A stretch of 64,000 bases of DNA from a virus. The stretch spans positions 37,420 to 101,419 of the IMG/VR virus record IMGVR_UViG_3300001041_000002; one strand, 5' to 3'. Both the position numbers and the translations under genes were made by a program. Below are positions 46,264 to 57,074 of the stretch, one piece after another (the first letter of the stretch is position 1; every line of letters starts with the position of its first letter). The notes under the pieces are model-generated. The model was not told the origin of the DNA, ran no database searches, and saw only the letters and a program-made list of their open reading frames with translations.

Positions 46264-49200
46264 TTATCTATTACAAAATTTTCTATATAATTCACCTAAT
46301 TCTTCAATATTCTTATTATTAATATCAGTAACTGTTACTTCTAAATATTCACCTAGAGTGTCATCGTTGTTCAATTCGTTAATCAACTTGGATCTAAGTG
46401 ACGCTTCTATTCCTGTATATGCCTCTAAAGCTGGTTTTGTTTCAGCCCAATTATATTTATTTATCAAATAATCCAAAGCAGTTGCATGTGATGGTTCGCC
46501 AAGTTCCTTATAGTAAAGTATTGGTTTGCCTTTTAGCTTACCAGACTTCAGTTGTTCGCGAATCCACTGAGCACGAATGTCTTTTGAATTAATAACCCAA
46601 TCAGTAAATTTTTCAACAGCTTCTCTAACGGTTTCAGTCTTAATTAACCCATAAGCCTTTCCTTCTGGGTCGTGACTAAATGGATTGCCAAAATGTTCAT
46701 TAGAGCTAGGTATCCTAGTTGCAACTATATTACCATTAGTTATAGCAGATTTCGCTCCTTTTAAATCTCCCCAAGTCTTAATAACTACATTTTCAGATTT
46801 AGTTCTACTCCCAAGCTTATTATATATCTCAGAAGACTCACTAACAACTATTGGTTCTTTAACTTTAGCAACTTCTTCAGTCTCGTCAGCTTCTACATCT
46901 TTAATATTAGCCTGATCTAAAATTGACGCTCTAGTGAACTTGCCTTTAAATGGAATATTACCTTGAATAACACTATCTAAAAACATCTCATTCTTTTCAT
47001 ACTCTAGAGCTGCGTTAGGAATACCAAGTTTGCTAGTCAAAACATAAGTAGCTTGATTCCATGCTCTAGACATATTCTGATATAAATAGATTTGACCTTT
47101 CTCTCTAAATGATACGAATGGACTGAATAACTTTTTCTTACCATTCTCGGTAGTACCCACAATAAAGTCTTTGCGCAGTTTTTTATCTTTAGCATTGACT
47201 TGGAATATTGATGGAACTCCATTTATATAAGTTATCTGTCCAGTGATATTGCCGAATCCATCAGAATCAACTGCTGGCACCAAACTTAAATCATCGCTAT
47301 TATTTCTAAAGAACTGATCAATAAATTCATCAAATGCATTCTCATTCTCAGCTTCTTCAATCGTCTTAATCAAATAATCATTGAAAGATTGACCATCGCT
47401 ATCTACTAGATTTGAATAGAAATCTACTGGGATTAAATGACTGAATGAATTTGGTGTCAACTGAAATCCTGCTGTATAGAATGCATACTTAACAAGATCT
47501 TTTGCAAAGCTACTAAATTCTTTATCAACAGCCAAATCTGAGTCTTCCATTAATGACATCCAGTGTTCTTTAATCTGCTGTTTGTCAAGCTCAGTAAGGC
47601 TTCCAGTGTTTTTAAACTGAATTCTCTCTGGTAGATAAGATTTCTTTTCGTCCTTCTTGAACACTAATTTGTTGACAAAGAAGTTCTCTTCGTACTTTTT
47701 AGGATATTTAGTTTTGAATGCACGAACTTTCTTTGACATATTATTAATGATCTCAGTCTTATCTGAACCATCAAAGAATTCAAATCCAGTTGCAGTAAAT
47801 CCAAGTAGTTCATAATTAATCTGCTCTATCTGTTTAACAGTAAGAGTATTGGCTTTTATTGATTTAGTAATACGTTCTTTTACGTGTGAGAACGCAGGTG
47901 AAAACCATGGGAAATATTTAGATAATAGTTCTGTTGGCTTAGAAACCCCATACTCCATGAAGGCATTCTCCATTGGATAGACCATTCCAGTAAGCAATTC
48001 TTCCTGACCAATCAACTCTGGATTATCCAAAACATCTTTACGCAATTGAATAAGCTTTTCGTTCTCAGATAATGTTGGGCCAGCACCTTTAGTGTCAGCT
48101 CTGGTAGCTCTAACTAAATCAGCCAAAGCTGTAGCCTGCTTTTTAATCATCAAAAATGTATTATATACAGCCAATTGATTATCGGAGATTATATCACCTT
48201 TAGCTATCTCAGCGTACAACTCTTCTGAAGTAAATTTAAATTCCTTACCAGCCTCGGTCTGAACCTTAGCTTCTGATAATGAGAATTTGTTACTCAATTC
48301 AGACATTACTTTGGATTCAGCTTGTTTATCTGCACCTAAATTAAAATACAGTCTACTAAACTCTTTGAGTACTGGCTGTGATAAAAATCCAACAACAGTA
48401 TCCAATGGATATCCAAGTCTAGTTAATAAAGCTGCGATATCAGCAGTATATGTGTTTACATTAATAAATGAACTCAATGGGTTCTTAGCATTATCCACAA
48501 CTGCAGCCAGCCATTCAGCTACATTTCTAGATATGTAATCACCATTAGCATTTTTAATTTCGTGTAATGATGCTAGCGGTTTCCCATCAAGATTAACTGA
48601 ATTAGCTAAACTTACGTTAGTGAACTGCATAATAGCGTGGTTAGTATTGTGATTAGCGAATATACCAATCAACTGCTTACCTGTCATATTACGTTTAAAT
48701 AATTCAGTCTGCGTACTTGGCAATGCTATTGATAACATTTCATCAGCTTTCCCTTCGAGTCCGAGAACCCTCTTTGCAAGCGATTCTAGCGTTGGAAATC
48801 CACCAGGCTTAATTATCTTACTAAATGTATCTTCGTGCGTTAAAATGGCTCTAATAATGTCTATTTTAGCATTATTACGCGCTTGCTTCGACTGGCTGGA
48901 TATATCTCCATTGTATTCGTACTCAACTTTACGTATATCCTTGCCATCCATGGAAGTCTCCCATTCTGGCATCATGATATACATCTTATCAATATCGAAG
49001 TCACTACCAGAGATTGTTGTGATTTCCATTGGCAACATTACGGCTCCACCAGCACTTGCAGGTAAAAATCCAGTTACTATTAATGGTAGCATCGAATATT
49101 TATCCTCAGTAGGAATCCTATAACCAATCATCTCACGTAGATTCTGTGGAACTTTATTGATATCTAATTGTCCATTAGAGTCCAACAGTGGCTCAAAATA

Positions 49201-52200
49201 CTTCTTAGACCACCAGGGCAATTTAACCTCAGCGCCTACAAGTCTTTTGCCGTCCATAATCAGATTAAGCTCATCACTAAATCCAAATGCACTAACCTGA
49301 ACAAAAGCACCACCCTTGATTTTCTGCTTAGTAACATTATTTTTAAATACAGAGTTAAGTAAACTTTCATTAGACTTAGCGTGATATGGATGATATAATG
49401 GTAAATTAAATTGTTCTTCTAACTGACCATTCTCTCTATTAAGTCTCTTCTTAATCTCAATAGCGATCTCTCTTTCTTCACCAAGATCTCTATCTAAAAT
49501 CTCACCAAGAAGTAGATCGTGTATGCTAGATATGTTATCAAATCTATCAACTACTGATTCATAATCTTGCTTTAAGTCTTCAGAGATGATATCCTGATAT
49601 AAAGATACTAATTGATCTTTAGTAAATTCGTGACCATTAATATTAAATACTGCATCTGCAGAGATGTCTGATAAAATCAACTTTCTAATCTGACTACCAA
49701 ACAAACTCCTTGAATCAATATGATGTTCTGGAGTTTCTTGCTGTAATCCATAGTCTTCATTATTAAGTTCATGGATAGATGTCTGCTCAATATTTTCAAG
49801 ACTCTGGGCTCCAAATTCCCCAGCCTTAACAGCAGAGTTGAAGTTAGCAGATGAAATGTTATTGTTAATCATGTAATCATACAGTTTAGTCAACTCTTTA
49901 GATTGCTTAACTAACTGTGGTAACAACAAGTACTCTGAGTTTTTATTTTGTGTTGGAATAATTAAATTACCAACTTTTGTATGTCCAAAATAGAATGGTT
50001 TAATTGGTTGCATTACTAATTGCAAATCCTTACCAGAAGCTGTTCCATTGAATAATCGTGGATAAACTTCTTGTAAATCTGCATCCCAACGACCAAGACC
50101 AATCATAATATCTCTATATCTAGGAAGTGTTATATATGCTTGAGCATCTGTAACATTGATCTTACTAGAACTGTTATAACCATAAGCTCCAGCAATATCC
50201 CCAGCCTGATCAACTGGCATACCACTCTCAACCAAAGTGTCAAAGATTGTTTCAGCATGTTCTGATGGAATCTCTAAATCCTTAATATAAATACTATTAT
50301 ATAATGGGCTAATCTCTAATACAGATTTACCTTCAATTTCAGCTTGCTCTTGAGTTAATTCAAATACAGCATGAATATCCATAGTTGTCTTAGGAGATAC
50401 ATTTTGTTTATTCCTCTTCTGATAGTCAACTGTTCTACTGTAAATAGACTGAGCTGATTTATCTGGCTTGTAGAACGCTGGATCACCAGAGAACAAAGCC
50501 ATCATCTGAGTATTAGCTAAGAAGCTATTAAAAAAGTAGTCCTTATGGAATGCTTCAGTATTACCCCAACGTTTATCAATTCTATCATCATAATGAGATA
50601 TGCCTTTAGCATCCTTACCAAATACTTCTAATTTAGTAAGCCTATCATAATCTAATTTAGCTTCATTGTCCAACCAATCACTGATAGCTTTCTTTATTGC
50701 AACTTCATTACCAGAACCTACAGCCTTACGCGCATTACCAGAGTTTAAGAACGATAAAAATAAAAATCTTCTAGACTTATCAGTGTCATAATGTTTAGTT
50801 TCTTTAAGTTCATCTGGAATAGCTAATCCCTGCTTAGTCAATTCTTCTCTAGCGGCCTGACGAGCTTTAATTTGCTCTATACGGGCATTCTCTTGCTTGT
50901 AGACCTCAAATAATTTATCGACAGTCTCTTTGGTTGAATATCGTCTAAACTTAATAAATGGCATCTTAGGAGCATCTGAGACTACTGGAAATTTATAATA
51001 AACGTAATCTTTGGCTCCATTGTTAAAATACATATTAATAGCAGTATTCTCAAAATCTTTCTCAGACATAGATGTATAGCGAACGCCTTTCTCAGTGCGA
51101 TCATATTTAATTGCATCTATCTCTATATATTCAAAATTATTACGACTATCATTCTCCATCAGCTCTTTCAGCCATGGTGAATTCCTATAGAATGGAGTGT
51201 CCTGATAATATTTGATTTTATCAATAGCATTTTTCCCAGAGAATTGTGCTATTGCTCTAGATAAAAATGTAGGTACTTGATGTGCATATACTGTGTTATT
51301 TTCAGCATTTTTGAATGAAGATTCCATTAACTCAAATCTAAACTTAGATATGGTTTTAGACATTGCATCAATAGCCTCTGATTCTAAGCTAGTTGCACCA
51401 AATGGATTAACTCCAGTGGTTAACTTGCTGATAATATTATCTACATGAGCTTTAAATTCGTTAACCTTTGACTTACCTGATTTAACATATCCAGAAGTAG
51501 ATGTGACGCCTTTATTGAGCATCTCCATATCTTCAACTGTGATAGTAATACCAATGTAGTTAAGAATTCTAGATAGATCGCTCATATCTTTAGAATCATA
51601 TCTATCTTTAGCTTTTAGTCTAGAGTTTAAACTAAACCACGCTGACTTAACTTTATCAAGGTTTTCTGAAACATATTGACCATCTTTGTCTATTGTTTTG
51701 TTAAACATCGGGTCGGTAGAATTATCCTTCCATTCATCAATGAGGATATTTTTCACACCCATACGATTAGCAGACATAACTCTATACTCAGTATTTTTAG
51801 TCTCACGATCTTTAGACTGTATAACTATCTTATAATCAACGTGTGATCTATTAAAGTTAACAAACATCTTAGTCTTAAATAGATTATCTATCTGTACTTT
51901 CTCAAGTAAAGGTTTTAAGAACGGTCTAGTTACAACCATTTCAGACAACCTTTCAATCATCTCTTCTGAGTCAACTATGTTAGCTAATTCGCGCTGGATA
52001 TCAGCATATATCGTATTAAAATCTTGGTAAATTGTAAAGCCGAGGTCATCAGATATATTATCGCCTTTAGAGTCAACTTTAGGTATGTAACTAAGTTCCT
52101 TACGTACTTCATTTGATAATGATTCCTTTCCAGATAATTGTTCTGTCTTAATCTGCCATCCTTCATTTTGTGATTCTTCCTCAAAAAAGTCCATCAAAGG

Positions 52201-55200
52201 TTCCCCTTCGGCTGAATCAACAGATGACGATATTTCTTTAGTGTTAATTTTAATCCTAAGGCCTTCAGTTCTCGCAAACTGTAACAATGCTTTTCTACCT
52301 AGCGACTCAAACACAACCTTCCCGTCAGAGTCCATTTTAATGAATTTATTAAGCATTATAGCGACGTTCTTTTTTTGCTCATCAGTTACACTAGAATTGG
52401 CCTTAAAGTTGCTTAAAATGACTGCACGTGCGCTTAAAGCAAGCATATCTATACCTTTGTAGTCTACGCCAGTTTTACCCTTAGCGGTCATTCTAGAGAG
52501 AACTTGTCTTCTAGTTAAATTATTATATTCTGGATTATTGGCTATATATGAATCCAATGCCATACGCATGAAATCCACTAATGCAACAGTGCGGCGTTCT
52601 TCTTCGTATGGAGTTTTAAAATTTTTATCTCTATAACGAGTGACTTTAAAGTTATCTACGCTTCTGCTGAATGGACTAGTTTTATACATGCTATGTTGAG
52701 CACGATAGAAAACGTCATTAATAGTTACGTCATTAGTTAACTTTGATTTGATTAACTGATATAGATGATGGAAGAACTCTTTAATTTTTGATCCAAGAGT
52801 TTTAGTAGTAGATTCTTCTGTCTGGACATACTCCATAAATTCATCTGCAATTCTTTCTTCAATTGCAATGCCTTTAGTTATATCCATCTTGTATTTCTTA
52901 GCACCTTCAGCTAGTAATCTATCTTGTTGCTTAGGTGTTAAATATAGATGAAATACAACGTGAAATGCCTCGTGATAGACAGTTCCAGTCTGTGCTGCAC
53001 CGCTAATATAGGCAATAGCATTCTTAAACATACCCCAAGCTTGGATTCCACCATTCCTAGATACGTTAATCAAACCGTCTCTAAATGTATCTACATCTAT
53101 AAGATTGACTGGAAATCTATCATTAAACCATTGAGTCTCTTTGAGTTCATCCCACTTTTGATATAATTCTTTATTAGATACTTTAGCTTTATCAACTAAT
53201 CTAAACATAGTTCCAAGAGGATTGTCAAAATCTTCTAAGTCATCTATATTGTCACCAACTGTTGGTTCTTCTGATGCTATAGTTTCTATCTTTGGTTCGA
53301 CTGTAACAACGGGCTCAGTGCTCATAATATCACCAACAATATCGTCAGCTTCTTTTGGTAGAACTGTTACTGAAGTTTTCTCTACAGCGGCATTATAGTC
53401 TAATGAGAACTCAAAGTTAGCATTAGCTATGTTTTTGACTCGATTTAAATCAGTTTTTAGTCTACCTTCCTTAGATATACTTTCATTATAGTTACCTCTG
53501 TTTATTTCAGAAGAAGCAATCTGAACAATCTTATCTTTAAGTAAAGCATCAATCTGTTCCTTAGTATAGGTGTTAACCTTACCACCTTTTAGATATACTT
53601 CAAAAGAGTCAGTCTTGGCTATATAGTTATAGTCAAAGAATACAATCTTTCTCAACTGCTCTCTATTGGCAGCCCAGTTGTCTTTATTTGAATCTAACAG
53701 CAGTGCCTTAGCTTGTGATAATAACTTTGGAAATGAAGTTAATTTCTGAGTAAAGCATCTAGCTGGAATAATCCTACCGTTAGCTCCTCTAGTTAATATA
53801 AATACACCACCATCATTCTTGCCATCTACAACGATTCCAGAATACTCAGGACTAACATTCTTGCCTGCATTTATAGTGACAACGCCATTTATACTCCTTG
53901 CAATACCAAAGATTAATGGTTGTCCACTAACTACTTCATGCGGAGCGTTCTTGGCTTTAGATATCAATAATCTACCAGCATATTTTTTAGTGACCTTAGT
54001 CTTAATGCCAGAATTGTACATCCCAGTTTTCTGACCAGAAGCCTTCATATTCTGCCAAACTTGGTCTCTCAGGGATTTCAGTTTAAGTCCAGCCTCGCTA
54101 CCATCATTGGTGTTATATATAGGAATAGCATTGACAATATGTTCTTTACCATCTTTATCTCTCTGAGCAATTAAGATCTGAGATTTATTAATAAAATCCT
54201 CGCCTTTAAGCGATTTATGATATTCAGTTTTTTTGGTACTAACAGTATCATCTAGATTAATAACAAAGTATATCTCTGAACCTAACAACAACGACTCCGG
54301 ACTATTAACATAACTCCAATCTATAGGCATTGTCTTAGCTACAAAGTCTTTCTCTGGCACCCCATTGACTCTCTTAATGTTGCCGCCAGTCATCGTGTAT
54401 TCTCTTATAACAGCCCTATTCTGAGCTGGAGTCTGAGCTACCTTCTCATCAGGATGAACAAATCCAATGTCAGAGCTCTTAGAGTCTGTTGCGTAGAATT
54501 CAGATATCATATCATCTAGAGAATCGTCAGAATATTCAGCGACTGGCTTTTCTGAGTGATCAATAACAGTTGAATCTTCTACAGTCTCATCAGCGTTCCT
54601 CCCAATGTTTTCAAAGAATCGCATTACTGAATCATACAGCTTAGCATGAGTAGCGCTAGTTTTGGCTAGATTACTCAACATTCTAAGGTTCTTTGTAAAC
54701 TCTTCAGCGTTAGGCGATAATATTAATGCAGCCAATTCACTATCAGTAGTTGGATCTAATGCAGCATTATATTCTGCGAGAACGTGACCTTCAATTTGAT
54801 CCATCTCTTTAATGAAAAGATTTGGTTTACCTATATAACGTAAGTCAGGTTTATCTGATGCATCAACAGCTTCTTCAGTAGCCTTTTTTGATACAATTTT
54901 ATCTACATCTTCAATATCTTCTTCTGGGACAGCCTCAGCTATATCGCTAATATCTTCAACGGTAGAAGCCTGCTCAGTAGATTCTTTAGCTGAATCTTTC
55001 TGTGCTTTGGCTCTAGTCTCTTTGATTTTAGTGTCAGACTCTTCAATGTGAGGAATTTCTTCGTATGCTTCAAGCTTCTTTTTAACGACCTCATTTTGAA
55101 CAGTGTGAATCTCAAGTAATTTATTATATTTGTCAGAGATATTATCGTCCAATGACGTTTTGAGCAATATGCCTAAGTCATCGCCAGGATTATTGGCTGT

Positions 55201-57066
55201 ATATGTTTCGTTAAGTGCATTAAATTTACTTTGAAGTACATCTATTTTTAGATCTGTATTTTTAATTACCTTGGTTTTGAGCTCTGAGTTTTTCTTAAAT
55301 GATGGAATCTTACTAAGATTAGACTTTAGATTTTTAAATCCTTCGATCTGATCTTGTAATTTCTTCATACTAAGAAGTTCTGGTGTCAACTCATTCCCTT
55401 CTGTAATCTTGTTGTAAAGTCCAGTTATAGATTTATCAATAGAACCAATTAACTTAGCGTTATTCTTAGCAACTAACTTAGTCTTTAGAAAATCTAACTT
55501 AGCTTCATCTTTACCATTAAATCTTTTATCAACATCTAACTTAGCTTTCTCAGCTTTTATAAAGGCAATATCTTTCTGCATTGACTTGACTGTTTGAGTA
55601 GCCTCATCTTTAGTCATGCCAATCTCAGCCCAATCTTTATCTTCTAAAGTACCGGTCAATACATCTATATCTTGGCTTAATTTATCTAGGCTATTACGTC
55701 TTAGGTGCTTTGATATTAAGTCTACTTTTGCATCGTCAGAAAGCTTTGTAAATGCCTCAATATTGCCTGTACGAGAAGCTTTGTTCTTCCATAAGTCTAT
55801 ATCTATATATGCATCCATGGCATTCTTAGCTAAAGGTGCTGCAGCAGCGAATACTCCTCCACCTAATGCGCCCCAGAATACAGATTGCTTCATCTCATTA
55901 CTATCAAGATATTCTCCAAACCTTTCAGAGAATCCTGGGCCAAACATATCGACTCCAGCTTTTATAGAACCATAAGCCTCTGATTGCGATCCAGATTGGA
56001 AAAATTCCTCTCCAGCCTCAGAGCCCATCTGCAGCCCAATTTCTAAAGTTTTGCTACCAGATTTTTCACCTATAGCACCGAGACCTCTAAATATTGGCAT
56101 GTATTGTAGTACATCAACTACAGCTAGAGCGCCGTTAGCTTTAAACACTTTATTGGCACCATCAACAGCCATCTTATTTGCTTCTGCGTCGATCTGAGCT
56201 TTGTATTTATCTAAAATGCGCTGTTCTTCAACTTTACGCTGCTCTGGACTGTATGGACTAAAACCATATTCATTTGGAGGCATAACCATTGGAAGATTAT
56301 TGATTTCTTCCATAGCTTTGCTCTCATATTTTTTCATAAGATCAGTTTTGTTCTGATCAGTATATTGTTTTAAATATTGCTGAGCTTCCATAGTGGATTC
56401 AGCAGCCCTACTTGCGAGACCGGCATTGATAGCTTCGGTTAGCTGCAATGTTTTAGCACCCATACCAACCATCTTACCAGCAATATTGATACCCCTAGCA
56501 ATTCCAAGTGCAGGAAACATTAGGGATAAACTTGTGGCTATATTTTTAACCCCACCGGCTAATGCTGTTCTATCTAAAAGAGTACCTTCCTGTGCAGCGT
56601 GTGTTTGATACACTGGAATGTATTTTTCGTCAATAGATTCTTTTGCGTCTCTAAATAGTTTAGAAAACCAGTTGTCGAATTCTCCTTCATTCCCAGCAAT
56701 AGAACTAGCTAAACCTGGAAAGTCAAGCAAGTATCCAGATGACTCTAAAGTACCTAGGATCATTTCATTAACAGACTGACCTAGGGCCTTGCCAATTAAT
56801 TCAAGCCCAGTCTGAGCGTTTGCCCTAGCTTCTGGAATATCATATAAATCACCAGCATTCAATCTTTCATCAATACCCTTAACTCCGCCAAATGGCTGAA
56901 ATAGCGTGCCAACATTTTCAACAACTGGCGTTTCGGATACATTTCTTATTCTAAAATCATCAAAACTAAATGGTGATTTCTTTTTATTTAAATTATAATA
57001 AGATGGAGTTCCGGTTTGTGGATTTATTTCCTCACCGTCGCTATATTGAAAATTAGATTTTGCCAT
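46264..57066 (-). CDS. virion-encapsidated two-barrel RNA polymerase (crAss/phi14:2 gp66-like)
   Basis: GYRIPT...GSDFDIDK (48985-49002), VDNAKNP; HEAFH zincin motif (~52960-52974); 3600 aa. Confidence 0.9.
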   Translation of the reverse strand: MAKSNFQYSDGEEINPQTGTPSYYNLNKKKSPFSFDDFRIRNVSETPVVENVGTLFQPFGGVKGIDERLNAGDLYDIPEARANAQTGLELIGKALGQSVNEMILGTLESSGYLLDFPGLASSIAGNEGEFDNWFSKLFRDAKESIDEKYIPVYQTHAAQEGTLLDRTALAGGVKNIATSLSLMFPALGIARGINIAGKMVGMGAKTLQLTEAINAGLASRAAESTMEAQQYLKQYTDQNKTDLMKKYESKAMEEINNLPMVMPPNEYGFSPYSPEQRKVEEQRILDKYKAQIDAEANKMAVDGANKVFKANGALAVVDVLQYMPIFRGLGAIGEKSGSKTLEIGLQMGSEAGEEFFQSGSQSEAYGSIKAGVDMFGPGFSERFGEYLDSNEMKQSVFWGALGGGVFAAAAPLAKNAMDAYIDIDLWKNKASRTGNIEAFTKLSDDAKVDLISKHLRRNSLDKLSQDIDVLTGTLEDKDWAEIGMTKDEATQTVKSMQKDIAFIKAEKAKLDVDKRFNGKDEAKLDFLKTKLVAKNNAKLIGSIDKSITGLYNKITEGNELTPELLSMKKLQDQIEGFKNLKSNLSKIPSFKKNSELKTKVIKNTDLKIDVLQSKFNALNETYTANNPGDDLGILLKTSLDDNISDKYNKLLEIHTVQNEVVKKKLEAYEEIPHIEESDTKIKETRAKAQKDSAKESTEQASTVEDISDIAEAVPEEDIEDVDKIVSKKATEEAVDASDKPDLRYIGKPNLFIKEMDQIEGHVLAEYNAALDPTTDSELAALILSPNAEEFTKNLRMLSNLAKTSATHAKLYDSVMRFFENIGRNADETVEDSTVIDHSEKPVAEYSDDSLDDMISEFYATDSKSSDIGFVHPDEKVAQTPAQNRAVIREYTMTGGNIKRVNGVPEKDFVAKTMPIDWSYVNSPESLLLGSEIYFVINLDDTVSTKKTEYHKSLKGEDFINKSQILIAQRDKDGKEHIVNAIPIYNTNDGSEAGLKLKSLRDQVWQNMKASGQKTGMYNSGIKTKVTKKYAGRLLISKAKNAPHEVVSGQPLIFGIARSINGVVTINAGKNVSPEYSGIVVDGKNDGGVFILTRGANGRIIPARCFTQKLTSFPKLLSQAKALLLDSNKDNWAANREQLRKIVFFDYNYIAKTDSFEVYLKGGKVNTYTKEQIDALLKDKIVQIASSEINRGNYNESISKEGRLKTDLNRVKNIANANFEFSLDYNAAVEKTSVTVLPKEADDIVGDIMSTEPVVTVEPKIETIASEEPTVGDNIDDLEDFDNPLGTMFRLVDKAKVSNKELYQKWDELKETQWFNDRFPVNLIDVDTFRDGLINVSRNGGIQAWGMFKNAIAYISGAAQTGTVYHEAFHVVFHLYLTPKQQDRLLAEGAKKYKMDITKGIAIEERIADEFMEYVQTEESTTKTLGSKIKEFFHHLYQLIKSKLTNDVTINDVFYRAQHSMYKTSPFSRSVDNFKVTRYRDKNFKTPYEEERRTVALVDFMRMALDSYIANNPEYNNLTRRQVLSRMTAKGKTGVDYKGIDMLALSARAVILSNFKANSSVTDEQKKNVAIMLNKFIKMDSDGKVVFESLGRKALLQFARTEGLRIKINTKEISSSVDSAEGEPLMDFFEEESQNEGWQIKTEQLSGKESLSNEVRKELSYIPKVDSKGDNISDDLGFTIYQDFNTIYADIQRELANIVDSEEMIERLSEMVVTRPFLKPLLEKVQIDNLFKTKMFVNFNRSHVDYKIVIQSKDRETKNTEYRVMSANRMGVKNILIDEWKDNSTDPMFNKTIDKDGQYVSENLDKVKSAWFSLNSRLKAKDRYDSKDMSDLSRILNYIGITITVEDMEMLNKGVTSTSGYVKSGKSKVNEFKAHVDNIISKLTTGVNPFGATSLESEAIDAMSKTISKFRFELMESSFKNAENNTVYAHQVPTFLSRAIAQFSGKNAIDKIKYYQDTPFYRNSPWLKELMENDSRNNFEYIEIDAIKYDRTEKGVRYTSMSEKDFENTAINMYFNNGAKDYVYYKFPVVSDAPKMPFIKFRRYSTKETVDKLFEVYKQENARIEQIKARQAAREELTKQGLAIPDELKETKHYDTDKSRRFLFLSFLNSGNARKAVGSGNEVAIKKAISDWLDNEAKLDYDRLTKLEVFGKDAKGISHYDDRIDKRWGNTEAFHKDYFFNSFLANTQMMALFSGDPAFYKPDKSAQSIYSRTVDYQKRNKQNVSPKTTMDIHAVFELTQEQAEIEGKSVLEISPLYNSIYIKDLEIPSEHAETIFDTLVESGMPVDQAGDIAGAYGYNSSSKINVTDAQAYITLPRYRDIMIGLGRWDADLQEVYPRLFNGTASGKDLQLVMQPIKPFYFGHTKVGNLIIPTQNKNSEYLLLPQLVKQSKELTKLYDYMINNNISSANFNSAVKAGEFGAQSLENIEQTSIHELNNEDYGLQQETPEHHIDSRSLFGSQIRKLILSDISADAVFNINGHEFTKDQLVSLYQDIISEDLKQDYESVVDRFDNISSIHDLLLGEILDRDLGEEREIAIEIKKRLNRENGQLEEQFNLPLYHPYHAKSNESLLNSVFKNNVTKQKIKGGAFVQVSAFGFSDELNLIMDGKRLVGAEVKLPWWSKKYFEPLLDSNGQLDINKVPQNLREMIGYRIPTEDKYSMLPLIVTGFLPASAGGAVMLPMEITTISGSDFDIDKMYIMMPEWETSMDGKDIRKVEYEYNGDISSQSKQARNNAKIDIIRAILTHEDTFSKIIKPGGFPTLESLAKRVLGLEGKADEMLSIALPSTQTELFKRNMTGKQLIGIFANHNTNHAIMQFTNVSLANSVNLDGKPLASLHEIKNANGDYISRNVAEWLAAVVDNAKNPLSSFINVNTYTADIAALLTRLGYPLDTVVGFLSQPVLKEFSRLYFNLGADKQAESKVMSELSNKFSLSEAKVQTEAGKEFKFTSEELYAEIAKGDIISDNQLAVYNTFLMIKKQATALADLVRATRADTKGAGPTLSENEKLIQLRKDVLDNPELIGQEELLTGMVYPMENAFMEYGVSKPTELLSKYFPWFSPAFSHVKERITKSIKANTLTVKQIEQINYELLGFTATGFEFFDGSDKTEIINNMSKKVRAFKTKYPKKYEENFFVNKLVFKKDEKKSYLPERIQFKNTGSLTELDKQQIKEHWMSLMEDSDLAVDKEFSSFAKDLVKYAFYTAGFQLTPNSFSHLIPVDFYSNLVDSDGQSFNDYLIKTIEEAENENAFDEFIDQFFRNNSDDLSLVPAVDSDGFGNITGQITYINGVPSIFQVNAKDKKLRKDFIVGTTENGKKKLFSPFVSFREKGQIYLYQNMSRAWNQATYVLTSKLGIPNAALEYEKNEMFLDSVIQGNIPFKGKFTRASILDQANIKDVEADETEEVAKVKEPIVVSESSEIYNKLGSRTKSENVVIKTWGDLKGAKSAITNGNIVATRIPSSNEHFGNPFSHDPEGKAYGLIKTETVREAVEKFTDWVINSKDIRAQWIREQLKSGKLKGKPILYYKELGEPSHATALDYLINKYNWAETKPALEAYTGIEASLRSKLINELNNDDTLGEYLEVTVTDINNKNIEELGELYRKFCNR

Positions 57067-57074
57067 AATTATTT

